Below, piece by piece: positions 36,583 to 48,470 of a DNA stretch of 49,057 nt. Each line of letters starts with the position of its first letter. Within the stretch, counting starts at the first letter, position 1. Source of the stretch: Phoronis australis. Its lineage: Eukaryota; Animalia; Phoronida. Where the stretch lies: the NCBI GenBank assembly GCA_002633005.1, contig NMRA01001133.1:1-49057 (forward strand), given 5' to 3'. A program made the position numbers and the translations under genes. The notes beneath the pieces were generated by a model. The model had not been told where the DNA came from, searched no databases, and saw nothing but the letters and a program-made list of their open reading frames with translations.

Positions 36583-37611
36583 GTACGAATACAGTGCTTT
36601 GTTAATGGAATCTTGGAACCAACAGCTAGTTAAGGGGTTTAACCAATAAGCAACGTGTTTTTGAACCCATATGACAAAGAAAAGAACTTCTTGAATGTTG
36701 CGTTCAAATATTATGAGATAACCAGGGATGGATCTAGGGATGCGTTACCGCACTATGCATTTAGTTGACTAAATTGTATCTTAGGGGCCCCGGTACCTGC
36801 ATGTACTGTAGATGCAGCCACAAGCTGATGGTCTCTTGAGAGCATAGTCCACGGAAAGCTATTTGGTTGACTGGTCCTGGGGCACGAGGGTGGCAGCTCA
36901 ATTGGGTGAGCAACGGACTGCTCAAATAAGTAGAAGCCTCAATAAGAATGTAGGAATTTATATGAGATTGGGTATTATTTTTAGTAGATAGTGTCATTCC
37001 ATTTTTGTTGGCCTAAGCTATATCTGTGTTTCGTTCTGGTAAATCTACACGTTGCCATGGATAGACATTGCCTTAAAAAGTCTGAGTTACTTATTATTGG
37101 GGCCCATGTTATGTTATTCGTTATAGCGGCGGTATGTTGCCAGAGAGTCAAATAATTCCAGATTAGTCTGTGCAAGTTGTAGCATTTAAAAGTAAAGAGT
37201 GCAATGAAATCAAAAGCGCGTTCACCCACGCACTGAGAATAGTGATCATGACATCAGTGTGCGAGTGCAATGCTTGCCGCTAACAGCATTCTTAGGCCGA
37301 GTATAAGGCCGAATCCAGGCTTCCCTGCACTCTTGGGAAAAACTCGTTTTCGTATAATCACAATTAATGAGTATTCGAGTACAGAGATAAGTGGCGAGTC
37401 ACGCATTCACTGTCTGCTTAAAATTTTTTGGGAATGACGGCAACGCATACGTTGTAATTTGTGTGGAATTCGAATTCGAAGTAATGTGGTATTGGTCTTG
37501 GGAGGGCGATATTTCACGTCTACATCTGACATGTATACGTGTACAAATGACGCTCTCTCATTATTTAATGGCCCTATTAAGACTCGTACTAATGATGATT
37601 TTCTGTTTCAG

Positions 37612-37716
37612 AACAACCACGCCTTGCGATATCTATATATTTTAGTAAATCTTTGCGAACGCGAACATGTGATGGACGTCATCAACAAGGCGATTGACAA
37701 GTCCTGTGTGCTTTAA
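37612..37716 (+). CDS. LGMN: Legumain terminal coding exon
   Basis: Branch-like TACTAAT and TTTCTGTTTCAG acceptor. NNHALRYLYILVNLCEREHVMDVINKAIDKSCVL* matches the legumain ALRHLYVLVNLCE motif and is in phase with the previous exon. ATTAAA at ~37816 is a possible polyA signal. Confidence 0.92.
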   Translation, partial: NNHALRYLYILVNLCEREHVMDVINKAIDKSCVL

Positions 37717-38358
37717 GAGGCACTGAGGCATCAGCGAATATTTTTTCTCACATTGAATGCTTTTAAAGTGTAGATGACATGATTTTAACAATTTACCTCT
37801 CTCAATATAAAACAAATTAAATTTATTGCTTGTTGAAGTTCCTCTTCACCTCTCATAGACCATTGTTCAAGCAGGTCATGCATTGATCGAATTGTGCCAT
37901 GTATAGTGTTACCATACCGAGTGAATACTGCATCTAAGTGAGAACTCTTCGAACAAGCCAGGTATAGCTTCCCCATTTTTAGAAACATATTCCGTGTTTG
38001 CGGTGTGCCAGCTAAACTAGACTTTCAAGTGCAGATCATAATTTGGGACCAGCGCCAAGAAAACTTAACCAAGGCAAATCTTAAGCCAGTTTTGAAACAC
38101 GTCTGTTCCGAGAAACTAATCCTAAGTTCGTCTTCAGTTAACGATGTAACGCCGCTTCGTTCATAAACCTAGCCGAACCCACAGATAATCCAGGTTTTCT
38201 CTCAGACAATAATTCACCATTTCGGAGTTTTTTCGTCAAAATTAATTGCGCTTTTCTCTTGGTTTGATTTTCACAAAATTCTGCTACGCCAATGACTCGA
38301 CTTTCCCTGCTGCTGAATCACGTGACTTCAATGTATTGCCTTTTTTGCAAACTCACTT

Positions 38359-38630
38359 TAGACCGGCAGCCCAGAGCACATAGCATAGATGAACAAGGTA
38401 CCAACACCTAACTATAGGTAGACTTAGCGTCTACGAGTTCGCTCTCATATTTGAGGTACCACAATAAACTGTTCCATGTGATTCAAATAGAAGTTATTGG
38501 TTACTAAATGGCTTGTGACAGACAAAAACCCATTCTGGGTTGTGCGTGCTAGCCCCAGAAATCTCAACCTCGCAACTGTGTTGAAAAACAGTGATATATT
38601 AATTAGATAAATATCCCGGTTAAATCTAAG
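38359..38630 (-). repeat. Inverted homologue of the 47390-48470 repeat (terminal ~80 bp plus innermost unit)
   Basis: TAGACCGGCAGCCCAGAGCACATAGCAT is near reverse-complement to 48443-48470, and 38445-38627 is near reverse-complement to 47392-47575. Confidence 0.75.
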
Positions 38631-38644
38631 CAGATGAAGAGGAG

Positions 38645-39160
38645 ACAAAAGGTAATGTAGTGTTCCCGTATATTAGAGGTCTTTCGGAATCTGCACAACG
38701 TGTGTTCATACAATATGACATAGTTACTGCTATGAAGCCGTATAAGACTATCAGGAACATTTTATTTTATCCCAAAGACAGAATAAGTGAGGATAAGAAA
38801 TGTCAGTGTGTTTATCGCATTCCTTGCCTCAACTGTGGGTCAGTATACATCGGGGAGACTGGGCGAGAGTTTTCAGTCAGGCTTAAGGAACACAGAAAGG
38901 AGATGAATGGGCTGTCTCAGCGTAGAGTCACGCGTCCAGAGAGGAGATGGTCTCGAAATACAATCAACAAATCTGCAGTGACGGACCATGCTATTGCTTT
39001 TAACCATGTATTTAACTGTAAAGACGCTCGTCCTGTAAAGTCGGAAAATATCTTGAGATCTAGACGGATCAGAGACTCTATTTCGGTGAAAAAAGTGGCT
39101 CAGTTATGAACAGAGACGATACGGGTATTAAATGTCTAAAATTTGGAACAGTGTCATCAC
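38645..39160 (+). mobile_element. Penelope-like element, 5'-truncated GIY-YIG endonuclease fragment
   Basis: PYIRGLSE...PKD...CVYRIPCLNCGSVYIGETGR....RLKEH...SAVTDHA...H, then a frameshifted MNRDD. Confidence 0.92.
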
Positions 39161-39312
39161 CTCGCTTCCGAAAATGGCTGCTATGAGTAACGTTTTTGCT
39201 TGGTTGTGTCAATAAGAATTAATCGATTTATGTGTTCTCTACCAACCTTATGAAATTATTTAATGATGTGACATAAATAATTACGTGCACATTAATTCCT
39301 TGGCTCACTATT

Positions 39313-39474
39313 TGTGATGTACTGTCTTGCAGTGACATCTAATGAGTAGTTTTAGTATTTGAGTTGACAGCCTCTCTTTGGGAAGTCTTCAGTGAGCAGC
39401 CATGTAGTGTTGCATTGTTTTAGTCCGTTCCAAGAAATATATCGCATTTTACCTGAAACATCGGCTATTCAACA
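39313..39474 (+). repeat. 5' LTR
   Basis: TGTGATG...TTCAACA; 9 differences from the 3' LTR by manual count. Confidence 0.95.
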
Positions 39475-39475
39475 G

Positions 39476-39492
39476 TGGCGATCGACGAGGAT
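39476..39492 (+). promoter_or_regulatory. Primer-binding site, tRNA-Ser(GCT)-like, with a 4-nt insertion
   Basis: TGGCGA[TCGA]CGAGGAT compared with the expected TGGCGACGAGGAT. Confidence 0.7.
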
Positions 39493-39496
39493 AAAA

Positions 39497-42400
39497 ATGA
39501 AACCACTGAGGTTTGAAGAAGATAAGGGAGATTTCAATAGTTTTGTGGAACGGTTGGAGAGCTACTTTGTGCTTGAAAAGACTGCAAATGAGCTGAATGT
39601 TCATTCATTGATCAGAGGGTTTTCGCCGGGACAGTATCAGGTTCTGAAGAACCTGAGCGCTCCCGATAAGCTGTCGGAGAAAAGCTTTGACGAGCTGATT
39701 GCACTGTTGATGTCCCATTACGGAGGAACTACGAATGCACGCACGGAGATAGCCAAATTTCGGCAGATTGTGAGGGAGTCTAATGAGTCAGTGTTAGACT
39801 ACAGTGTCCAATTGAAACAGGCTGCTCGGAAGAGTGAGTTCGGGCAGAGACTCGATGAAATGTTGGTGGACCAACTCATCCAGGGTGTGAAATCGCAATC
39901 AGCGGTTACAAAATTGTTGGAAAGCACAGATGGATTAAAGTTGACTTTCAACAAGACAGTGGAAATTGCACAACAGGTGATGCTGACCGAGAAAATTTAG
40001 TTGTGTACGGTGACGGACAAGGAGCTCGTGGGACTATCCACGGAGTAGATAAGGAAACTGACAAACACAAGCAACATGGTTGGGGGAAACAAAATACGAA
40101 ACAACGTGGACCCAGTACGTCCCAGGAGAAACTATGTTTCCGGTGTAACGTGGTTGGACACTTTGCGAACAAGGGCCCAAAAAAGTGTGGTTTGCAGGAA
40201 ATGTAATCAAGCGGAGCACTTGGCTGTGTGCTGTAAGGTCAAGGGAGGAAAGCCCATGAATTCAGTGTCACGTGGTGCGGAAGCGGATACCGGTGAGTGC
40301 GGTTTGTTCCATATTGACTCGGGGACAGTTGACATTGATTTAGGTATCGCGAGCGATAAGAAGTTCATGATGCCAGTGTTAGTCAATGAGCAGAAATTGA
40401 ACATGGAACTGGACATTGGTGCGGTCACGTCTTGTATAGGGGAGAGTACCTACTCTTCGTTTCGGAAACCCGATGACACCGTGCATGCAGTAGATGTTAA
40501 ATTCATTGCCTATGGTAACAACAGTCTTGACATTGTAGAGGTGTTGACAACAGATGTTAATGTCAAAGATGTCACGGAGAAATTGCCATTAGTGGTGGTA
40601 AAGGGAGACTGTACTCCAATGATTGGTAGTAATTGGTTACGTAAACTGAACATTAACTGGGAGCAGGAGTTTTCGGTTAATGTGGTATCTGTTGGTAGTT
40701 TGGGTGATCTGTGTAAGCAGTATGCTGATGTGTTTTAACCGGAGTTAGGGTGTTTAAAGGACTATGAAGTCAGGGTAGACCTTAAGCCCGAGGCAGTACC
40801 AGTGTACAAAAAGGCGCGCACCCTACCGTTCTATAAACGTCCTTGAGTGGAGGCTGAGCTGAACCATCTTGAGGAAGCCGGTGTGATTAAGTCAGTCGAG
40901 CATTCTGACTGGGCCACCCCGGTTGTGGCTGTCGTGAAGTCAGATGGTCAGTCGATCAGACTCTGTACAGACTTTAAACAGACGCTGAATCCTGCGAGTG
41001 CCATGACACAATATCCCTTGCCCGTGCCTGAGGATATTTATGCGAATTTATCACAGGGGCAAGCTTTCTCGACACTCGATTTGAGTAGTGCGTATCACCA
41101 ACTTAAACTTTCGAAGGAGGCTCAGGAATTGCTGGTGATAAACACCCATAAGGGATTATATGCGTACCAACGGTTACCGTTTGGGTTGCACTCAGCTGTC
41201 GGGATTTTCCAGCGTGCCATGGAAAATGTGCTGAGAGGTATACCCAGTTGCGCCGTCTATCTTGATGACATCATTGTCACGGGTTCGTCGATTGCCGAGC
41301 ATCGCGAAAACCTTAAGTCAGTTTTGGAACGCCTCAGTAGTTGCGGATTGCGCTTAAACAGAGCAAAGTGCAAGTTTTTGTAGTCCGAGGTGTGGTGCTT
41401 GGGCCACCGGATTACGGCCCAAGGGATACACCCTCTTCAGGACAAAGTAGAAAGCATTCGTCGGTTTCCGGTTCCAAAGGATAAGTCTGAGGTTGCTCCA
41501 TTTTGTGGTATGGTGAAGTACTGTCACCGGTTTTTGCCGCGTGCTGCGGACGTGTTGGCCCCACTCTACGAGCTGGAAAAGAAGAACGACCCTTGGAGAT
41601 GGACACAGAAAGAGGAGGACTCTTTCAACGTCGCGAAAGAACTTTTGACGTCGAACACTTTGTTATGTCACTACGACCCATGTAAACCGTTGTCGATCAC
41701 GACCGTTGCTTCTTCGTTCGGCTTGGGGGCTAGAGCAGGCGGTCGAAAGCGGCGTACACTATCCGCCGCAGAAAGGAATTACTCCCAGACGGAGAAGGAG
41801 GGTTTGGGGGTCGTGTGGGCTGCAGAAAAGTTTTCGAAGTATTTGCTGGGCAGTAGTTTCGAGGTCTTTTCAGATCGCAAGCCATTACTTGGACTATTCG
41901 GTGAACAGCGTGGAATTCCATCTATGGCTTCTGGACGTATCATTCAGTGGCCGCTAGTTTTGGCGGCATATGACTACAAACTCGTGTATAAACCTGGGTC
42001 GAAATTTACTAATGCTGACTGTCTGTCTCGATTCTCATTATCTGCTTCAATGAATTCGGTTGCCGTCGTAGAGGAAGTGCGTTTGTTGGATCATTTAACG
42101 TATACGCAAGTCTTAGCAGTTGATCTGAGGAAGTGGACAGATCGAGATCCACTTCTGTCGCGCATTCGTAGACACGTACTGACCGGCTGGAGTGATTCAG
42201 ACGTGGATGAAGACATCAAGCCGTTCTTTTCTCGGAAAGACGAGTTATCAGTGCTCAACGGCTGCGTGTTGTGGGGTGCCAGAGTAGTTGTCCCACCCCA
42301 AGGTCACGATACGGTTATGAATGAACTGCACGACACACATCCCGGCATAGTGCGAATGAAGTTGTTAGCGCGTGGGTACGTGTGGTGGTATAACATGGAC

Positions 42401-43429
42401 AGTGAACTTGAAAGGAAAGTTCATGCGTGTAAAATTTGCCAGTCGGTGCGGAATATTCCGAACAAACGTCAACCACTACAGCCGTGGGAGTACCCCAGTA
42501 AGCCATGGTCCAGACTGCATATAGACTACGCAGGACCCATGGAAGGTAGAATGTTTTTAGTCGTCGTAGATGCATTTTCGAAATGGATGGACGTCTTTCC
42601 TACGTCAAGCTCGTCCTCCGCGGTAACAATTTCGAAGTTGAGAGCATTGTTCAGAACGCACGGTTTGCCAGACTTGATTGTCTCGGACAACGGGACCTGC
42701 TTTACGAGTGAGGAATGTAATAAGTTTCTCATGTCTAATGGAATACGACACGTCACGGGTGCTCCGTACCATCCCGCCACAAATGGATTGGCGGAACGTG
42801 CTGTTCGCGTTTTTAAGGAAGCGATGAAGAAATGTGCCGGGTCCCTTGAGTACAAGTTGTTCCGTTTTTTGTTTGACTACCGTATCACACCACACTCATC
42901 GACCGAAGTTGCTCCTTGTGAGCTATTGATGAACCGAAGGCTGGTGTTCCGTTTTGATAGGCTGTTGCCTGATGTCAACAAGAAGGTCGAAGACACCCAG
43001 CTTAGGCAGATGAGGCAGTGCAGTGGAGCAAATAAGCTGCAGGAATACCAACTGGGAGATAGTGTTTACTTTAGAAATTACTCTCAGTATGGGCCGCCCA
43101 ATCTGTTAGGCACCGTGGAAGATATTACTGGACCGGTGTCATGTAGGATTCGCTGTCAGAGTGGCCGAGTGTTTAGACGCCATCACGACCAGATGTTTAA
43201 AGGTGTGCCCCCGGAGCATGAGGTGTCGGCGCGCGTGGATGTTGGTGTTGAACCGCAGCAGACCCCAAGCTCTGTAGCGTCTTCCGAAATAGGCCCGGTT
43301 GCAGAGGTGACCCGGTCAGGGGCTGTGGTTGCTGACTCAAACGGCGCTGTGGAGAGTGCTAGCCCTGAGGCCCCCCCTCTCCGGCGTTCCGTGCGAGTAC
43401 GGAAGCCTGTTGATAAACTGAACTTGTAG
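39497..43429 (+). pseudogene. gag-pol polyprotein pseudogene
   Basis: Two zinc knuckles (CFRC...H and CRKC...H...C), protease ELDIGA, RT YLDD, RNase H with lost Asp and a deletion, and integrase HHCC plus DDE. Stops near 40000, 40738, 40846 and 41383, and a frameshift near 40180. Confidence 0.95.
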
Positions 43430-43549
43430 ACACTAAGGAGTTGGAGTAGTTAACCAGTTCGTTGACATTTAAATCGGATACTAGTCAGATACTAGGTCTG
43501 TCGTGGACATTTTGTTGTAGAGACATTAATTACTAACGTGGCATACTTT

Positions 43550-43566
43550 AACGGGATGGGGAGGAG
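43550..43566 (+). promoter_or_regulatory. Polypurine tract
   Basis: AACGGGATGGGGAGGAG immediately before the 3' LTR. Confidence 0.85.
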
Positions 43567-43728
43567 TGTGATGTATTGTCTTGCTGTGACATCTATTGAG
43601 TAGTTTTAGTATTTGAGTTGACAGCCTCTCTTTGAGAAGTCTTCAGTGAGCATCCATTTAGTGTTGTATTGTTTTAGTCCGTTCCAAGAAATATATCGCA
43701 TTTTACCTGAAACATCGGCTATTTTACA
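43567..43728 (+). repeat. 3' LTR
   Basis: TGTGATG...TTTTACA followed by CTATT. Confidence 0.95.
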
Positions 43729-44399
43729 CTATTATAGTCTTTTCGTGACTGGAGGTTTAGTTTCTAACTCACGCTGGTTCATAGTCGTGCCAGTCACGGC
43801 GGCCGCGACGGGCCGCGATAACAAGCGCTTTGTGTGTTTAGAACTAAAAAAATCACAAGTCTAAACAACACAGTTCCAGGTTCTTCTGTCTGTATTTCAC
43901 GGAAGAATACTTCGAATTTATCTCCGAACAGATCCCAAACTCCTTTTACGGATCTTGGTAAATTGGTCTGCCGAACTTTGTAGGCTACGGTGTGTCCAAA
44001 TACCAACAAATCCGTAACAGCGAAATAAAACAACACGTTTTTATAAGAACTCGGTGTATTTTTAAGGGTTTTACATCGAAGGTTGATGATTTATTGGTGT
44101 TAAATGATGAATTCAAGCGATAAGCTGACACCAGTAACCCGCTTGTTAACTGCGGAACAGTCTGCGTGTGAACCAATGACGTCATTGGATAATTTCAACA
44201 CCGCCGTCTGCCGTCATGTGTCAGGTAATGCAACTGAACGTGCCGTTATCGAGTAGAACTATTCGATCCAAATTGGTACAAAACACGGAAGGTGTGATCA
44301 CGAGCTTACTTTGCAGTTCACGGCGAATTCTTGTATTTCAGTATTAATTTCGCGTAAACTGAACTCTCCTCCTTGCTTTAAATTTAATAATAGAGTTAC

Positions 44400-44724
44400 A
44401 GACAAACATCGACACTTGTTATACATCCCTTATCCCACTTATATGCCCGGTGGACAACAGGCTCAATATCCCAAAATTAGGCCACCATGCGCCCACCAGT
44501 TCCTCTATCATTTTGGAGGAAAATCCCTCAATTACTATCAGTTAAGCACTATCCTCCAGTTGGTAATGAAGGAACTGGGTGGGGAACATGGCAGATACCT
44601 GTCCCATTCATTCCGCATTGGTGCTGCCACAGCGGCAAGCATAGCTGGCTGGACACCAGAACAAATCGAACTCGCAGGCAGATGGTCTACACACTCATAC
44701 GCACATAAAACGTGCTCGTATTAA
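44400..44724 (+). pseudogene. Tyrosine recombinase C-terminal fragment of a DIRS-order (Ngaro-like) retroelement
   Basis: YLSHSFRIGAATAASIAG....IELAGRWS contains the catalytic HxxR and GRW motifs. Confidence 0.9.
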
Positions 44725-44794
44725 TTCAGAGAAACATTAGTTCACAATTTGGACTGGTTTTAAAAGACAGTTTTTAAACTTAAAAGTCTTTCAG

Positions 44795-45375
44795 GACCTT
44801 ATGGATTGTGGGATCGTCGATCATCAAACGGGTGCTTGTTCATGCCAGGGCAAGCCCCGGTGGCACGAACTTTTGGTTAGTCAGTCGGGATACAGTTCAT
44901 CTTTTGCCAAGACTTTGGAGGGCTCCAGTGGAACCAGATTATTCCCAAACAGTGGACGATGAATCGCCTTGAATACCAGCCGTCGCCCATCATCCTGCAC
45001 TGCATTGGCAACGATATTGGCCAAACCAAATCACATGAGTACGCACCATTCTCAAGGCAGATGTATTCCAAAATCCACAAAAAATTTCCAGGCAGCACAA
45101 TTGTTTGATCCGCAATACTACCACGGTTACAATGGAAAAGAGGTACCATGGAAGTCGTGAACACCTCCAGGGCCAGAATCAACTCCATGGCGGCTACGAC
45201 TGTTTTCACTCATTCTGGGTGCTACATCAGGCACCCTGACACTACGACGAATGTCAGGTAGTTTTTCCATCCAGATGGATTCCACCTGTTCCCGTTGGGA
45301 AGCAATATTTTTTTCAATGCTATAAAGGGTACCTTAGAGCACTTCACTGCTGGCGGACCTCGGTTGTATGGTCAA
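44795..45375 (+). pseudogene. SGNH/GDSL hydrolase remnant downstream of the YR (Ngaro-type)
   Basis: TTTCAG acceptor, then LWIVGSSIIKR...PGG, GGLQW, IILHCIGNDIG and PDGFHL (blocks I, II, III and V) in broken frames. Confidence 0.8.
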
Positions 45376-45435
45376 TAGCTCTCTCAGTTCTGCTCGGAAA
45401 AGAATCTCCCAGATGGTAGCTTTGTTTGGGTGTAT

Positions 45436-45502
45436 CACCATATTATTCTATATATCACCATATTATTCTACATTATATTATATTATATTATATTATTATA
45501 TT
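45436..45502. repeat. (TATTA)n-like simple repeat
   Basis: CACCATATTATTCTA twice, then TATTA iterations. Confidence 0.8.
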
Positions 45503-46085
45503 GTTAAACTGCCCGACGACTTATTTCCGCATACCCTGCCACTCCTATTCGTCTCTTGAGTACCAAGGTCACGGTCCCCCAAGCGGGTTGTGGCGGTGGA
45601 CAGGAATGTTCATCCATGAACAACCCTGCCCATCAGGCACAAACTGAGCCACAACACCACGTTCCTTACAACATCTTTTTTATCACTCCGGCTGGTCTGC
45701 TCACTCAGCTTGTCCGGGACCTGCTTTGCCAGGTTGTTATAGCACAGCTGGCTGTTTGGTGTACCCAATTGGTACTTTATTTGATATTAGCCCATTTGGC
45801 AGTTTGTACCCATTTGGTACTTATTATTGAATTTGCAGTTTTGCTCGACCCACTTGGTAGGCAATCGGCCAATACCTATTTGGTATTATGTACTCTTTTG
45901 GTATTATGCTAACCTGTGCCAGTTAGTGTCCAATGCTCTATTACACATTGGATGTTGCAAATATGTGCGCTATCTCTTGCAATTTAGGTACACATCTAGT
46001 ACCTTCTGTGAAATAATTATTTGTCGAGCTGTAACCCCTAAATTCCCAATACAACCCTAAAACATTATTCTTTGTTGTTTAATAA

Positions 46086-47270
46086 TAGGGTGAGTGCCAA
46101 ATGGGTGGTGGCGGAAAGTAAGCATTTTGGAAAATACCCAATAACACTAAAACTTTGGGATACAGGGAACTGTCGAAAAACCGACCCATTGAGTGAGGAT
46201 TAATTAAAGACAGCAGCTATCGAAACTACTAGCAGAAGAGACAATTCAGCGACAATACATGGCCCCTAAATTTGCGTTAGATTGAGGAACCGTGAAAACG
46301 ATTTCCAAAGAGTCTTTTCATTACATTGACTACTAAACAGTGCTTTAAAAAGCATCAAAATGTGTTTTTAAAAATTTTCTTTAAATCAAAATAAACAAGA
46401 AATAGTCAGCACAACGCTTCCAAACAGCCACTCAACAATTACAGTAACATCCGAGTCAGAGGCCTTGATAATTGCATTGCCATTTGAGTTGGGTAAGTGG
46501 AAGGTAAGAAGCGTGTCGACCTCTTCATGGGAACCTTGAAAATCCAGTGGATGATCAGCTGCCATGGTACCACTGTAAGAAAGGCGAATATAGTTGTTAT
46601 CATGTCAGACAAGAAGTGTTTTCTCCCCCAAAAATGGTACATCTAGGACTTTCTGCCATTCTTGTAGGAGGACGGTTGCCAAGCTGTCCTGAAAATGTCC
46701 CGTTATGCATACCAGGTGTTTTTGGGTGTTAAATTCGTGTTACCTTGTTTTACAGACAGAAGTTGTATTTGCCCTAAATGAAAAGTTTAGGCCCTAAAAC
46801 AAGTGTTTAAGTTACTTTGTTATTCTATAGCATTTACCTGTAACTACTGTTATAAGTAGTACTTGACTACACTCGTTAAACAAAATTTTAAAATATCAAA
46901 AGTTTACCTTTTAAAAGAACCCAATCTAGTAGATCGTGTTGCTGACAGCATACTGTGCCAATTTTTTTGAAATTTTCCGCCATTCCGTCACAACATCTGA
47001 ATGTCTCGCTTTTTGACGCACGCCTAAATTGACATACTATCATATACTATTGTAATTTCCCTCGCGACATAAGCATATTTTCCTGCTCGACTAAAATGGA
47101 AAAAACGAGACAGTTTCTATAGCCCATTATGTTGAGGTAGCTGCGGTCCTAATCAGCACTTAATTGGTTGTTTTTGACAGTTCCTGGGGTCCCAAAATTT
47201 TAGTGTTATTAGATATTTTCCAAAATGTTTACTTTCCACCACCATCCATTTGGCACTCAGTGTGACGCTA
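46086..47270 (-). mobile_element. Academ-like non-autonomous derivative with ~125-bp imperfect TIRs and an XPG/PIN-like coding remnant
   Basis: 46091-46221 is inverted against 47137-47259, and the left terminus is TAG. Minus strand ~46440-46665 reads QEW...FQGSHEEVDTLLTFH...IIKASDSDVTVI, the HEEADT...DTDV motif. Confidence 0.65.
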
Positions 47271-47389
47271 CTGTCGCGAATAGAAAGTTCAGTAGACGCA
47301 AAAGTATTACGGAAATATATGAATTAGCCATGAACTACAAAATAAGCCTCTTCATTTATAGAAGTTCTTGATTCTACGAAACTCTACGA

Positions 47390-48470
47390 AGACTTTACCG
47401 GGATCTTGTCTAATACATATTAACCCAGTTTCCGCATAGTTACGTGGTTGAGATTTCTGGAGCTTGCACGCACAACCCACAGTTGGTTTTGTCTGTCACA
47501 GGCCATTTATTAACCAGTAACTTCTATTTGAATCACATGAAATTGTTTATTCTGGCACCTCGAATTTTGAGGTAGCTCCTTTTGGGACGTCGTTTTTAGG
47601 TTTCTGGAGAACTTTTCCAGAGGACAATTTGTAGGTCATCTGTCATTCTGTGTTAATTGCGGCACGATTGTAAGCTTTTTAAAATCTGACTTGAAAGTCA
47701 GTTTTAGCCGGTACCTCGAATATCTAATGCAACTCAAACTTTCAATGGCATACCGTGGTTAAGATGTGTGAGAACTCCTGGCGGGCACAACCCAAGTGTA
47801 TTTTGTCTGCCATAGGACCAGCGACATGTATTCATTCACATGATATTGTTTTTGTGGTACCACGAATGCATGAGGCAGATCATTTTGGGGGTCCTTTTTG
47901 GGTTTCTGACAAGCCCTTTCCAGAGCGCAATTTGTCTGCCATGGGTCATTCGATGTACAGTGCGGTACTATTGTTCGCTATTGTTCGTTATAAATCGATT
48001 TTAGCTGGTACCTCCAATATCTAATCTAGGTCAAATTTTCAATGGCATATGTTTGTTGACATTTTGGGGGGTTTCTGGCCGGCACAACCCAGAGTGTATG
48101 CTGTCTGTCATGGGGCATTTATTGGTCAGTGATATGTATTGAATCGTATGGAACTGGTTTTTGTGGTACGTCGAATGTATGAGCTAGCTCATTTTAGGTG
48201 TTGTTTTTGGTTTCTGCCGGGCCCATTCCACAGCGCAATTTGTCTGTCATTTGGTTTTCAGTGCGGTGCTATTGTCCGTTTTAAATCTGTTTCGGCCTTT
48301 ACCTCAAATATTTAATCTAGCTCATTTTTGACCCCCTTGTAAGGTCCCCAGAGTCGCACCAAGAGTGCAGACAACTGCAGACGTCAATTTCCGTATATAC
48401 TCTAAGTACGCCTATGGTCAGATTTTGGTACCTCCTTCATGTATGCTAAGTGCTCTGGGTTGCCAGTCTA
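47390..48470 (+). repeat. About three diverged ~300-bp tandem units plus a terminal segment ending GCCAGTCTA
   Basis: Recurring GCACAACCC..TGTCTG(T/C)CA, TGG(T/C)AC..CGAAT, TTCCA.AG..CAATTTGT and TACCTC.AATAT.TAAT blocks starting near 47444, 47755 and 48052. Confidence 0.8.

Larger units (their letters stand above)
39313..43728 (+). mobile_element. Full-length, inactivated Ty3/Gypsy LTR retrotransposon (Mag/K02A2.6-like)
   Basis: Two 162-bp TG...CA LTRs, 5-bp TSD CTATT (39308-39312 and 43729-43733), PBS, PPT, and domain order gag-PR-RT-RH-IN. Confidence 0.97.

Noticed and set aside
44311-44724. Phage integrase or bacterial contamination
   Set aside because: The HSFRIGAAT-type YR followed by an SGNH hydrolase amid animal repeats fits a DIRS-order retroelement
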